Source: Carpediemonas membranifera BICM (Eukaryota > Protista > Fornicata). Taken from it: DNA of 64,000 bases. The notes under the pieces were generated by a model. The model was not told the DNA's origin and did no database searches. It worked only from the letters and a program-made list of their open reading frames with translations. Below are positions 52,321-62,400 of the stretch, in pieces (position 1 is the stretch's first letter; every line of letters begins with the position of its first letter). The translations under genes and the position numbers were made by a program. The stretch lies in NCBI GenBank assembly GCA_019828565.1, contig JAHDYR010000017.1, forward strand, positions 185,360 to 249,359, given 5' to 3'.

Positions 52321-54229
52321 CACCTCTCTGGGAGTCGTAGTGGAAAGGAGATTGCTCTATCTGATCTGAAGTTGCATCGAAGGTGCACCAAAGGATGTTC
52401 TCGCTGGCGCTCTTATCTCGGTGAGAGAGATTGAGAAGTATGTCTCTCTGCTCGGGATGCCGACGTAGCCGTTCAACGCGCCATGGAGCTCCCTCGCACG
52501 CGGGATTCTGGCAGAGCATGGTGCGGTATGTGTGCACCACACGTCTGAAGTGTGCTTTGCAGTATGGGCACACGATGGAAGTGCGGAATTCCGAGACCAT
52601 CGTGACACTCACGACGACGTTGTGCCAGAGCATGATGCCAGGGAGAGCTCGAGCAAAGTGTCGGTACGGAGCACAGGAGGGAGTGCCGGCGGAACCGAAT
52701 AGTGCAGCCCCATACGCGACTTCGAGGTGAATGGGCTCCGGGGGGCGCCCGCCGAGATCATCCAGGAGTTGACGTCCAGCCCGGGCGAAGTGCTTCAGGC
52801 GCAGACAGTGATTGGCAAAAGTCGCACGGCGGAAACACTTTCTCGTCCCCTCGTTAATGATCTGAACGATGTTCTCATGGACAAACCTAATCGACTGTTT
52901 GAGAGCCTCTAGACTTGTCGTTTTGAACGATGCTGCGCTCACATTCACGCGGAAAGAGGGGGTGGCAGTGTAGCCACACTTAGCGAGCACGCCAGATACA
53001 CTCTGCCCGTCTGGGCGGCGGATCGTGTAGCCGCCCAGCGACCGAGCACCAGGGTCGAAGCCCATGAGAGCTTGAATGTCCGGGGCAGGAGTAGCCTCGG
53101 CGTCATCCTGACCGAGCCGAGCCCGCTTGTTATTGCTACCCTTTTTGTACGTGGGCCGGTCAGCCACCCGACCGCCACGGTATTTCTCGCGACCCACCCA
53201 AACCGTCACAACAGCAGAGACCCCGTCAGTCCTCACAGAGAGCACTCTGCGGAGCTTGGTGATGTCGCCGTGATCACGCTCGTATTCAGCCACCTGCTCG
53301 TCGGTCAAATTCTTGGTTGCTGACCAATTCACGTGCACACGCAGGCGCCTCTTCATCGCTGGGGTGAGCGCTGTTACTCCGCGATCGATGGTCATGAACC
53401 CAGGCCTGACCGGTGCCATCGGCACGAACGGAACGAGCTTCGGCTCTGGCAGGGCCTGACTGAGCTCGAGGTTCACGGCACGAGTGAGTGTGACCAGCTT
53501 GGTCACTGCAGCACTCATGCGCGTGACGCACGACAGCACGCCGACGAGGGCCTCGGCCACGGTACCAGTGTGACCCACCCGTTGCCCCTCGGGCGATGCA
53601 TGTATTTGAGGATGATACCTGTCATGATCGGCGGCTATGGCGGCAACCTCAGTGTCGAGCTCGCCTCTGGTGTCGAGAAAATCCTGTCGAACACCCGGCT
53701 GATCATGGAGGAGCGGACGCACCCGTTCTAATCCAGCACGAAGACGGGTCAGGTACCCGGGTGACGCGCGCGAGAGCCAGACCCGGGTGGATGTGGAGTA
53801 CTCGCCCAACCAGGTGTCAAATTGCTTGCACAAGCCAATGTAGCTATAAGCCGTGACGAAGTCCTGGACGAGTGGGGTTATGTCAGGGTCCCTCCACATC
53901 GCCAGGTCGCCAATCCACCTGCACCGATCCGCTGCCTTTGCCTTCGACACCTTTTGCTGAGCAATGCTGACGATCTGCTTGAGGACCTCCTGGTCGAACA
54001 GGTTGACCGTCCTCGGTGGGGTCAACGCGTGCGCAGATGCAGAGACGCACGCAAGCAGGCAAGTGAATGTGTCCTTAGCCTGCGCGAAAGAACGCATGCC
54101 GGGTTCAAGATTTCCTCGCCGCGGCGCGTTGTTATCGCCTCCACCGTTAATCTCGCCAATGGCCTTGTTAACGGAAGCCTTCACCGTGTATATCTTGGAA
54201 GGCATCGGAGTATATTGAGCTGCCTGCAT
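52301..54229 (-). CDS. Fanzor (Fanzor1-like eukaryotic TnpB/Cas12-related RNA-guided endonuclease), intact, copy A
   Basis: SVRTDGVSAVV, RuvC-I MGFDPG, VAYG, RuvC-II VSEFRTS, zinc finger CPYC...CQNPAC, RuvC-III HRDKSASENI; 642 aa, uninterrupted ORF. Confidence 0.88.
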   Translation of the reverse strand: MQAAQYTPMPSKIYTVKASVNKAIGEINGGGDNNAPRRGNLEPGMRSFAQAKDTFTCLLACVSASAHALTPPRTVNLFDQEVLKQIVSIAQQKVSKAKAADRCRWIGDLAMWRDPDITPLVQDFVTAYSYIGLCKQFDTWLGEYSTSTRVWLSRASPGYLTRLRAGLERVRPLLHDQPGVRQDFLDTRGELDTEVAAIAADHDRYHPQIHASPEGQRVGHTGTVAEALVGVLSCVTRMSAAVTKLVTLTRAVNLELSQALPEPKLVPFVPMAPVRPGFMTIDRGVTALTPAMKRRLRVHVNWSATKNLTDEQVAEYERDHGDITKLRRVLSVRTDGVSAVVTVWVGREKYRGGRVADRPTYKKGSNNKRARLGQDDAEATPAPDIQALMGFDPGARSLGGYTIRRPDGQSVSGVLAKCGYTATPSFRVNVSAASFKTTSLEALKQSIRFVHENIVQIINEGTRKCFRRATFANHCLRLKHFARAGRQLLDDLGGRPPEPIHLEVAYGAALFGSAGTPSCAPYRHFARALPGIMLWHNVVVSVTMVSEFRTSIVCPYCKAHFRRVVHTYRTMLCQNPACEGAPWRVERLRRHPEQRDILLNLSHRDKSASENILWCTFDATSDQIEQSPFHYDSQRGALPRYH

Positions 54230-54371
54230 CGATCATTTCTTTTCAGAGTTCATCAGCTAGCAGCATCCCTCAAAATACAAGAAACCAGCATCATACAACA
54301 CAAAGCGTCTTTACTACCAGCTACAACCGCTTTCCACCACTAGTGTCTCTCACAACAGACTAAGATGACGA

Positions 54372-54641
54372 AGACGACGACGACATGAGCTTCAGACGCC
54401 GGCAATGGACGACAGATGAGCGTGTAACAGACGAGCACAGACGCGAAAGAAGACAGCAGCGTTCGACACAGACGATGGACGACGCATCTTTTCGTGCAGA
54501 TCGACGACTGAAAGCACGAAAGCCTGATGGTGCAGACGAGGGCTGAAGTGGGTGGAGGTAGTGTGCTGCGCAGGATTAGAATTGTTGAGTCTAAAGTTCT
54601 GGTGTACGACAGGTGGGCCGTCAGACTGAACCTGTTCAGTC
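54372..54641 (-). repeat. Putative left-end region of Fanzor A: six AGACG direct repeats, end motif 54561-54587, palindrome 54624-54641
   Basis: AGACG at 54372, 54394, 54429, 54439, 54470, 54534; TGCTGCGCAG..ATTGTTG resembles the copy-B repeat; GACTGAAC-CT-GTTCAGTC. Confidence 0.55.
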
Positions 54642-54883
54642 CTCTGGAGTTCATCCCAGGGGGGTCGACAGCTTAAGTCACCTTTACATGAATCCTCCAC
54701 ATAAACCTCTAAATACCACAGTAAGTAGACATAAACTGCGCTGCGGACCACAGGACACGCACCCATGACACACTGCTCCAGGTAGTCCCATACTGCCACT
54801 GTATCACCATCCATTCGAGCCCGATGCTGTTCATTGCACCTGCCACCATATCTCCCTCACCATTCAACCTGTCTTTAAATACA

Positions 54884-55661
54884 TTACAATGATCTCGCCT
54901 CATTCACCTTAAAGCACGTCGCCTCGAGCAGGTCGATGAGGATCGCTTCGCCTTCCTGCCGAGCCTTGGCCTCATCAGCTAAAAGCCCGTTCAGCTTGTC
55001 CGTCACCGTTTCAAACTTATCCATGAGATTCTGGTGGACGTTCTGGCCCTTGATCCGATCAGCCTCGAGGTTAGACCGCAGTTTCTTGAGCTCAACGTCG
55101 ATCGCCTGCTCGAGCTCTTCATCTGCCTCCTGGCCTAGCTCAATCACCTCGTTGAGCTCTTCTTGCAGGCGGGAGACGTCAGTAGTCGCGGCGTTCTCAC
55201 GCTGGGAGCGCATGTTCTCGGCCTGGGTCGAGTCCTGCTCGAACTCACGAACGACGGCATCGAGGCGGGACTGTAGGGCGCTAATCAGGCGAGCCTCGCT
55301 AGACTCACGCTCCTTGACAAGAGAAGAGAGATTGAGGCGGAGCGTAGCGTCTACATCGGCTGTTGCGTTGCCGTCATCCTTGTGCTCCTCGGGGCTGGAA
55401 GGAATAGCCTCCTTCAACTGCGCAAGGTTATCCTCCAGGAATGCAATGCGCTCATTTCTAAGGCGCTCCAGGTCATGATACTTATCATTGAGCTCGGAGT
55501 TGAGCTGCTCGTAGCGGTGCGTTGTCTGGCGCCTCTCATTCTGAGTAATCGGGTAAATGGTGACGTACAGTGAGCGTCTGTGAGAGAGATTCAAGCTTGC
55601 TGTTGAATTGCATGAGACGGCTCTGCTTGTGGTCGCCGGGAGCGTAGTTCTCGAAATTCAT
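54884..55661 (-). CDS. SF-assemblin/beta-giardin family striated-fibre protein, intron 55541-55568
   Basis: Short head plus long coiled coil ending EAKARQEGEAILIDLLEATC; 28-nt GTACGT..CTCAG intron links ATG 55661. Confidence 0.78.
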
Positions 55662-55946
55662 TTCAATTCACTCGGCTCGTTGAGTTAAAGTGCGGCGCCA
55701 AATTTCCTCAATCAGAGCCCCCCACCAATGTGTCAGCCTGCTACAACTCCCTACCTCCAATAGGTCAACAGAAACCTGCAATGGCTTCTGGGAATTTGAA
55801 CAAAATTACAAACTCAACCAGAGAAATATTAAAAAGACAGCCGTCGCTACCGGTAGTATGCGGGTAGTGGCACACGGTCAGACGGAGGCCAGGGTCGGGA
55901 ATGCTCAGTGGAAATTGCAGAAGCACGTTTAGACTCACGGCGCGAT

Positions 55947-56891
55947 ATGTCGTTTGACGAGGATTCAGCCTTTCTGCTGGCCTCAATCAAGGACAGAACT
56001 GCAAATATACAACAAAGCGCATTAGAGGCGAAGAAAGCTGCGTTGCGAGCCGCACGACGTCGAATGGCATTGCCCATGGAGTTTCGGGTCAAAGCGGCAG
56101 CGTCACCGCTAAACGCCAGCACAAAGCTAGTCAGTAACAAGGCAGATGCACCTGTTCCCTCCAAATTCGCCTCGAGCGAGCTCTTTCAAACGAGACGGAC
56201 GCCCCTCGCAACCCCCAAGACGCTACGGCGAAAGGAGGAGCTAGTGCCTCTAGGTATCCAGCGGTTCACAAGCACGCTGCAACGTACCAAGCCGCAACCG
56301 ACCCCAGTTACCCCCACGGCCAGTGGTCTCTACGGGGCTGTCCCTCCACGGCCCAAACTAACCTCTGAGCGGAGGCCATACACACCACAGCTGTACAAGC
56401 CGAAGCAATGGAAGCATGTGGAGCCAAGGTACGTGTCAGAAGCTGCGCCGATGCTTCTTTCCCCCAAGAAGGCGCCCCGGACAGTGAAATTTGCCGAAAC
56501 CGTGGCCAGCACGGTGTTATCAGGGCCAATGGGCATCCCCTCCCCAAGCCCCAACCCCTCGCCTCTCAGCCAGTCTATCAAGCGAACGGAGCATGCTGAG
56601 ACAATTGAGCGTGTCGAGGGCGAGCGTGTCTCCGAGGCGGATCGCCTGGACGATGCTGTCCGGGAGTCGACCGTGCGGGAGATCACAAGGCTCGCAGCGG
56701 CGTGGGACGAGACTATCCACGGCCCCCAGCCCAGCAAGAATGACACTGACGCTGAAGTGCGGCTTGAGCGAATGCTTTTCGTCGGCCATGACGTTCGTTC
56801 GATACTGGAGCAGGCGCGGGAGGTCGGGAAGAGGCCCATGCCTGTAGCACGGAGGTCTGCCCTAGCTGTGAGAAAGCGGGTAGGGTCCTGA
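55947..56891 (+). CDS. Hypothetical basic Pro-rich protein
   Basis: Long ATG-initiated ORF; no recognised domain. Confidence 0.55.
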   Translation: MSFDEDSAFLLASIKDRTANIQQSALEAKKAALRAARRRMALPMEFRVKAAASPLNASTKLVSNKADAPVPSKFASSELFQTRRTPLATPKTLRRKEELVPLGIQRFTSTLQRTKPQPTPVTPTASGLYGAVPPRPKLTSERRPYTPQLYKPKQWKHVEPRYVSEAAPMLLSPKKAPRTVKFAETVASTVLSGPMGIPSPSPNPSPLSQSIKRTEHAETIERVEGERVSEADRLDDAVRESTVREITRLAAAWDETIHGPQPSKNDTDAEVRLERMLFVGHDVRSILEQAREVGKRPMPVARRSALAVRKRVGS

Positions 56892-57001
56892 GCGTCCCTT
56901 TGTAATTTATGATGCGATATTTTGCAAATCACCTCCGTGGATAACACACATAAATTCTCTAGTTCAAGTGAGCATGCAGCTTTATAATAACAAGAATGGG
57001 G

Positions 57002-58267
57002 CTAGGCGAGGGTGACAGTCGTCTCGAGCGGGTCTCCCTCGTCTCCGGCATGACTGCCACCAGAGTCAGAGTCGGAGTCAGAGTCGCGGTCGGTACCAGC
57101 GGGCTCAGGATCGTCTACGTCTGGGACAACCACGTCTGCCGGGTAATCAACGATGGGCACCGTCGCTGCCACGAATGGGGGCGAGTGGCGTTCAACCCTT
57201 GGGTCTGCCGGGTCGATAGCTCCGTCATCCGCGCCGTCTATAGAGCCCTCCTGACCCTCGTCTTCAGCAGACTCCTCTTCAGTCTGAACTCCTGAGCGAC
57301 TCAAGTCCGAGTCAGCCTCGGGGATCGGTTCGAGGTCGCTGTCGATGACTACACTAGGATCCGACTGCTCCTCGGGGGTGTGGTTGAGTGTGAAGTCGGG
57401 CGGGGTCTTCAGCTCAATGGCATCAGTCGGCACCTCGATTTGACCCCCCTTCTTTCCACGACGAAGCACCTTCGGCACCAGAATGTTGAAATAGACTATC
57501 TGCAGGATGATTGTAAAATCAAATAGGAAGGTCCCGGCGGAGCCCAAGATCCAGGGCGTCTGGGCCCAATAAAACTTCCCAACAGCTGAAGCATCATCTT
57601 CATAGGGGGCGGCGAAGATGATCGAGAGCACGTAAGAGCCGTTGCCCCAGACAGCCATGACGAACATCATGGGGGCAATGCCCTCGACGCTGCGGATACG
57701 GAAATTGCGCCAGACCTGGGGGGCGCGGGAGGCGAGGTAACAAATGGCACTAAGATAGCCGAGGGCGGCCCCGAAGTAGCCCCAAAGCATGCCAAGAGTG
57801 CCTTCACCAGCTTGAAGACTGGATAGACTCACGGAGGCGAGTGCGAACGGGGCGAGTGCGACGAGCTCCTCGGGTCCGACTGCACCCGCCCTGACTCGCT
57901 TGTTCTGCGGCTCTGGCAGCTTGATTGCGTCCTTGAGTGTGCCCTCTGGGGCGCTAGTATCCGTGAAGTAGCGACAAACATATGGCCAGATACGGTGATG
58001 GAACGTGAACCACTGGGCAACAAGGATGAAGTCCACAACGATGAAATACGTCGCTTGAGCGATCTGGGTCCATGTAGTACCTGCGATAAGGCCACCGCAG
58101 AGGTTTGTTACGTCACCAATGAACCAATAGATGATGAACCACATTGAAAGCCCGAGGGTTGAACGACGACGGAAGTTCTTAATGATCTGCGGGGCCTGTG
58201 CGAATAGCCAGGTGAATATAGACAGTGTGCCGAAAATGCTGGCAATCGTGCGGAGAACTGTTGCCAT
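57002..58267 (-). CDS. PQ-loop lysosomal/vacuolar amino-acid transporter (PQLC2/Ypq-like)
   Basis: WLFAQAPQIIKNFRRRSTLGLS and YLASRAPQVWRNFRIRSVEGI, WFIGDVTNLCG, PWILGSAGTFLFDFTI; acidic tail. Confidence 0.9.
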   Translation of the reverse strand: MATVLRTIASIFGTLSIFTWLFAQAPQIIKNFRRRSTLGLSMWFIIYWFIGDVTNLCGGLIAGTTWTQIAQATYFIVVDFILVAQWFTFHHRIWPYVCRYFTDTSAPEGTLKDAIKLPEPQNKRVRAGAVGPEELVALAPFALASVSLSSLQAGEGTLGMLWGYFGAALGYLSAICYLASRAPQVWRNFRIRSVEGIAPMMFVMAVWGNGSYVLSIIFAAPYEDDASAVGKFYWAQTPWILGSAGTFLFDFTIILQIVYFNILVPKVLRRGKKGGQIEVPTDAIELKTPPDFTLNHTPEEQSDPSVVIDSDLEPIPEADSDLSRSGVQTEEESAEDEGQEGSIDGADDGAIDPADPRVERHSPPFVAATVPIVDYPADVVVPDVDDPEPAGTDRDSDSDSDSGGSHAGDEGDPLETTVTLA

Positions 58268-58384
58268 CCTCTTCTTTCTGGGAACGGAGACAAAGAAAAG
58301 AAAAGACTGTGCAAATTCTAGCCCCCATACGGGCTGAAACTCGCCTAAAGTCATCAGCATGACATGTCAAGGCTCATCTCCAAG

Positions 58385-58723
58385 TGTTTTCTGGCCGAAA
58401 TCCGTCATGCCTGGCACAAACGGGCAATTGCTTCGTTTGCTGCCGGAGGTCGGCGACGCTCCCACTCACACCACCAGCACATTAGAGTCTTCTAAAATCG
58501 CCCCGGATGCAATGACCGCGTCTTATTGTCTTTTTAGCTGTGAAAGACTTGCAGTCCCGGATGCCTTCTGAAAGCTGTTCAGAACCCTGTGTGCAGCTCT
58601 CACAAGGAAGGGAGTGCAGTATTTCGGTCACGAACCTGTGGGTGGCATCTGTGGTGAGCCACAGAACCGAAAGAATGGTGATCCAACTTTACATAAACTG
58701 CACCCTGTGCCTGGAACGCCACA
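58385..58723 (-). repeat. LTR copy 1 (339 bp, TGT...ACA), preceded by PPT GAGGGCAGGA (58724-58733)
   Basis: On the minus strand the purine tract is followed by TGTGGCG... and ends ...CAGAAAACA exactly where identity with copy 2 stops. Confidence 0.75.
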
Positions 58724-59260
58724 TCCTGCCCTCATGAGTTCCCGACATCCACCGTTGCACGGGTAGTGAGTGGATGACGGACTCATTGTCTGAGCCCTCC
58801 TCTGAGAGCTCGTCGTAAGACAGCCACTTGATGAGAAGCTTGTCGTCCGCGGTGACACCGATGACGGACTCGACATAGAACTCCTCGGTATCTCCAGCCT
58901 GCAGGGCTGCGAGATCCTCAGGTGTCTCGTCTGTGGGTTCCACGCGTATGAGCTGGTCCGCATGGACGGTCTTCTGCTCGCTGCCCCGAGGAGGGGCGCG
59001 ATGGTGACGGCGTTTAAGTCGCCGAGCCCTACCACCTTGTATGGTCCTAGGTGGCCGTGGAGCTTTGTCGGGTGCTGGTTCTTCATGAGTACCATGTCGC
59101 CGAGCTGTAAGGGGTCGTCTGGAACAATTGCCCGCTTCTTGACGTGGTCGCTCTGCGACTCGACCGCGATAGCAGTCATCTGGCTCAAGTGTCCTTCTAG
59201 AGCCGTAATGTACTCACGGACTGAGTGGATAGGTTCATCCACCTCGTCCGCTGCCTCTTC
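58689..59260 (-). pseudogene. Integrase C-terminal fragment (GPY/F motif + chromodomain), inverted relative to gag-pol; frameshift at ~58985
   Basis: EYITALEGHL...LQLGDMVLMK...LGPYKVV, then TVHADQLIRV...EEFYVESVIGV...LLIKWLSYDE. Confidence 0.8.
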
Positions 59261-59433
59261 TCCCTGGACCGTGTATGGTTTAATGAAAGCAACGAACTTC
59301 CGCAGTTTAGGGTCACACTGTAGCTTATAGCTATCAGTATATATATAATACTGACCATATTCACCACAGAAGGTTTACTCATAAATTCATTCTCGCTTAG
59401 CCCGGCTTAGGCATCAGTAATTACTGGCCCTTA

Positions 59434-62400
59434 ATGAACGAGAATACGCCTCTCCTGAAAATCCTGACATTCCAGTCTCTGTTCAAATTCCTATCGTCGT
59501 ATGACGATTACAGCTTGAGAACTGGCAAGAAGCGTTCCCCGCTGCACGAACTCATATCCTCTCCGGTTTACCTCGAGCTCGAGGCACAAGAGACGCCATT
59601 CAGACTCTCTGACGTCCCCGAGCTTGTCATCAACGACGAGACGCTATCAAAGAAAGACAAGACGAGAAATGAGAATGATCACATCGACAAGCATGTCCGA
59701 GATGCCTTGACGAAGTTCGTCCGCCCCACTGACCCGTTCACCATGTCCCAAGTGTTCGATCGTAAGGCTCCTGGCCGAAAGCCCGGCCAGGTCGCTCAGT
59801 ACATCAATCAAAACAAGCTCATCTCGACAATCTTTCCCCCATCCTCCGTCGGTATTGACTACGTGCGTGAGTCCTTCATCAACGGCTTTGAAGACAAGAT
59901 CTTCAAGCAACAGCTAACCTCAATGACTCACAACCTCACTATCGACGACCTCTACAAGGTCACATTGGACCACGCTCGGAACGTCGAAGAAGCCCTTAAG
60001 ATCGCTACTCCATTCTTCCGCCCAGCTCCCCCATCAGCTCTCCACGAAACAAAGCGACCTCCACTCAAACCCGATGACAAGAGAACGACGAAGGAAGGCC
60101 GCCGAGAACCCCCGAAACCATCTAACCTCAACTGCTCATACTGCGGCAAGCATGGTCACTCTGAGGACATATGCTTCGCCAAGAAAAAGGGCATCCCCAA
60201 GTGTAACTACTGCTCACGCCTTGGACACCTCGAAGTTGATTGCCGCAAGAAGCTGAACCAGGGGCCTGTAAATCCCCTCAAGTATGCTTTCCTTAACGTG
60301 ATCAGAGAGTCCTCCCCAGGTGAAGTTCTTGGATGCGACGGTCTCCTTGAACATGCTATTGTCAGAATTCTACTCGATACAGGTGCCTCCACAAACTACA
60401 TCAAAGAGGAGCTTGCCACCAATATACAGATCGATCCCCTCATTGTTAGTTTCGCAAATGGCAAAGAAACGATGTCCAAGGGGTTTACAACAGTTCCACT
60501 GATGATCAAGGCCAACGAGCTCAACAGGTACGATCTCTCCACTACTATAGAGGCTCATGTCCTCCCAGACATGCCCTTTGACATCATTATCGGGTTCCCC
60601 ACCATGAAGAGCCTTGGTCTCCTGAGACTGATGGCCCCGGATGAGCCCAGCAACGAACTCACTGACGAAGAACAGCAGTTAGACAGGAGCTACGCCTGCA
60701 GCTCGGTCAACACTGAGATTGAGGCTCCGTACAAGGAAGTTATCGACAAACACGCCGCTGCCTTCGGAGACCTCACCCAAGAACCATCCACTCTCTCTCC
60801 TTTCTCCCTCAAACTGAAACAAGGGGTTCACTCCACATCACAACGCCCCTACCCGGTCCCTGAATGGAAGCTAGAGGAGATCAAGTCCCACGTCGAAAAG
60901 CTGAAAGGCCTAGGGGTTATCGAACCGTCACAGAGCCCATGGGGGTCACCCGTGGTGCTCACCGCCAAAAAGAACACGCAGAAGACCAGAATGTGCGTGA
61001 ACTATCAGAAGATTAACACCGTCACGGAAGAATTTGACTACCCCCTACCTAGGATCGATGAAACGATCGACTTCCTCGCGAAGGGGAGATATTTCGCGAC
61101 AATCGACATGGCCAGTGGCTACCACCAAATACCACTCGCTGATGAAACTTCGATGGACCTCACGACGTTCGTGACGCATCTAGGCCGCTACAGATATAGA
61201 CGGATGCCATTTGGCCTTAAGCAAGCTGGTGCTCACTTCCAGTACGCTATGGAAGTCGCGTTTGGAGACCTCCTGTACGAGAAGTGCCTCATATACCAGG
61301 ATGATGTCGTCATCTTCGGCAGTACCCCGGACCAGTTAGCTCAAAATCTCGACTTGGTCCTTACCAGATGTGAGGAAAAGGGCATCCGCCTCAATCTCGA
61401 CAAATCCCAGTTTGGTCTCGAGCAGTTTGAGTACCTCGGTTGGCTAATCACGAAGGACGGCAAGCAGATCGACCCAGACAGAGTCTCGGCTATTACGCGC
61501 ATGACGAGACCCCAGACAACGTCAAGTACAAGACAGTTCCTAGGACTCGTTAACTTCTTCCACGATTACCTTGGCGCTGACTTCGCCGACGTGTCAAAGC
61601 CTCTGTACGACGCCATGAACAGTCGTCCCTTCACTTGGACCGATGAGTGCGACGTAGCCTTCAAGACCATACAATCTAGGATGACGTCAGCCCCTACCCT
61701 AGTACACTTCGACCCACGTAAGAAGCTGACCTTAATCACAGATGCATCAGATGTCGGAGTCGGGGGCGTGCTCCTACAAGACGGACAACCTCTTCTTTAC
61801 ATGTCTAAGGCCCTTGACAGAGTGAAACAGAAGTGGCCCACGATTGAGAAGGAGTGCTTCGGTATAATCCACTGCCTCAAGAAGGCCGAGCGCTACCTCC
61901 GGTGGAGCCCATTTGAAATCCTCACTGATCACAACAACCTGGTTCATCTCCATCGTTCCACCAACGCCAAGGTCGGCAGGTGGAGACTGCTCATGGAGCA
62001 GTTCGCCTATAGTATCAAACACGTCGCTGGTGTTGACAATGGGGCCGCTGGTGGTCTCTCGCGCCTCTTCACCATTGACGGTGACGATCGGACAACACTC
62101 ATCCTCCGACACCACAAGGCCGCGGGCTGTCACCTCTCTACGAACCGCACAGTCAAGTCCCTTCGCGACCACGGCCATTCGTGGGCCAACCAGCGCCAGC
62201 ATGTCGCCGACCTGATCAAGTCCTGCCCGGTCTGCCAGAAGACCGTCCCCGGCCGCCCAATTGAGGCCGCGGAGCTCACCCTCTCATCGCCGGCTCCATG
62301 GCACACCCTCTGCGTGGACACTATGGGTCCATACCCTGAGTCACACGGATTCAAACACATCCTCGTCATGGTCGACCTATTCTCACGGTACGTGGAGATG

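Noticed and set aside
57059-57090. GAGTCA/GAGTCG hexamer tandem
   Set aside because: Encodes the Asp-Ser repeat in the PQ-loop protein tail.
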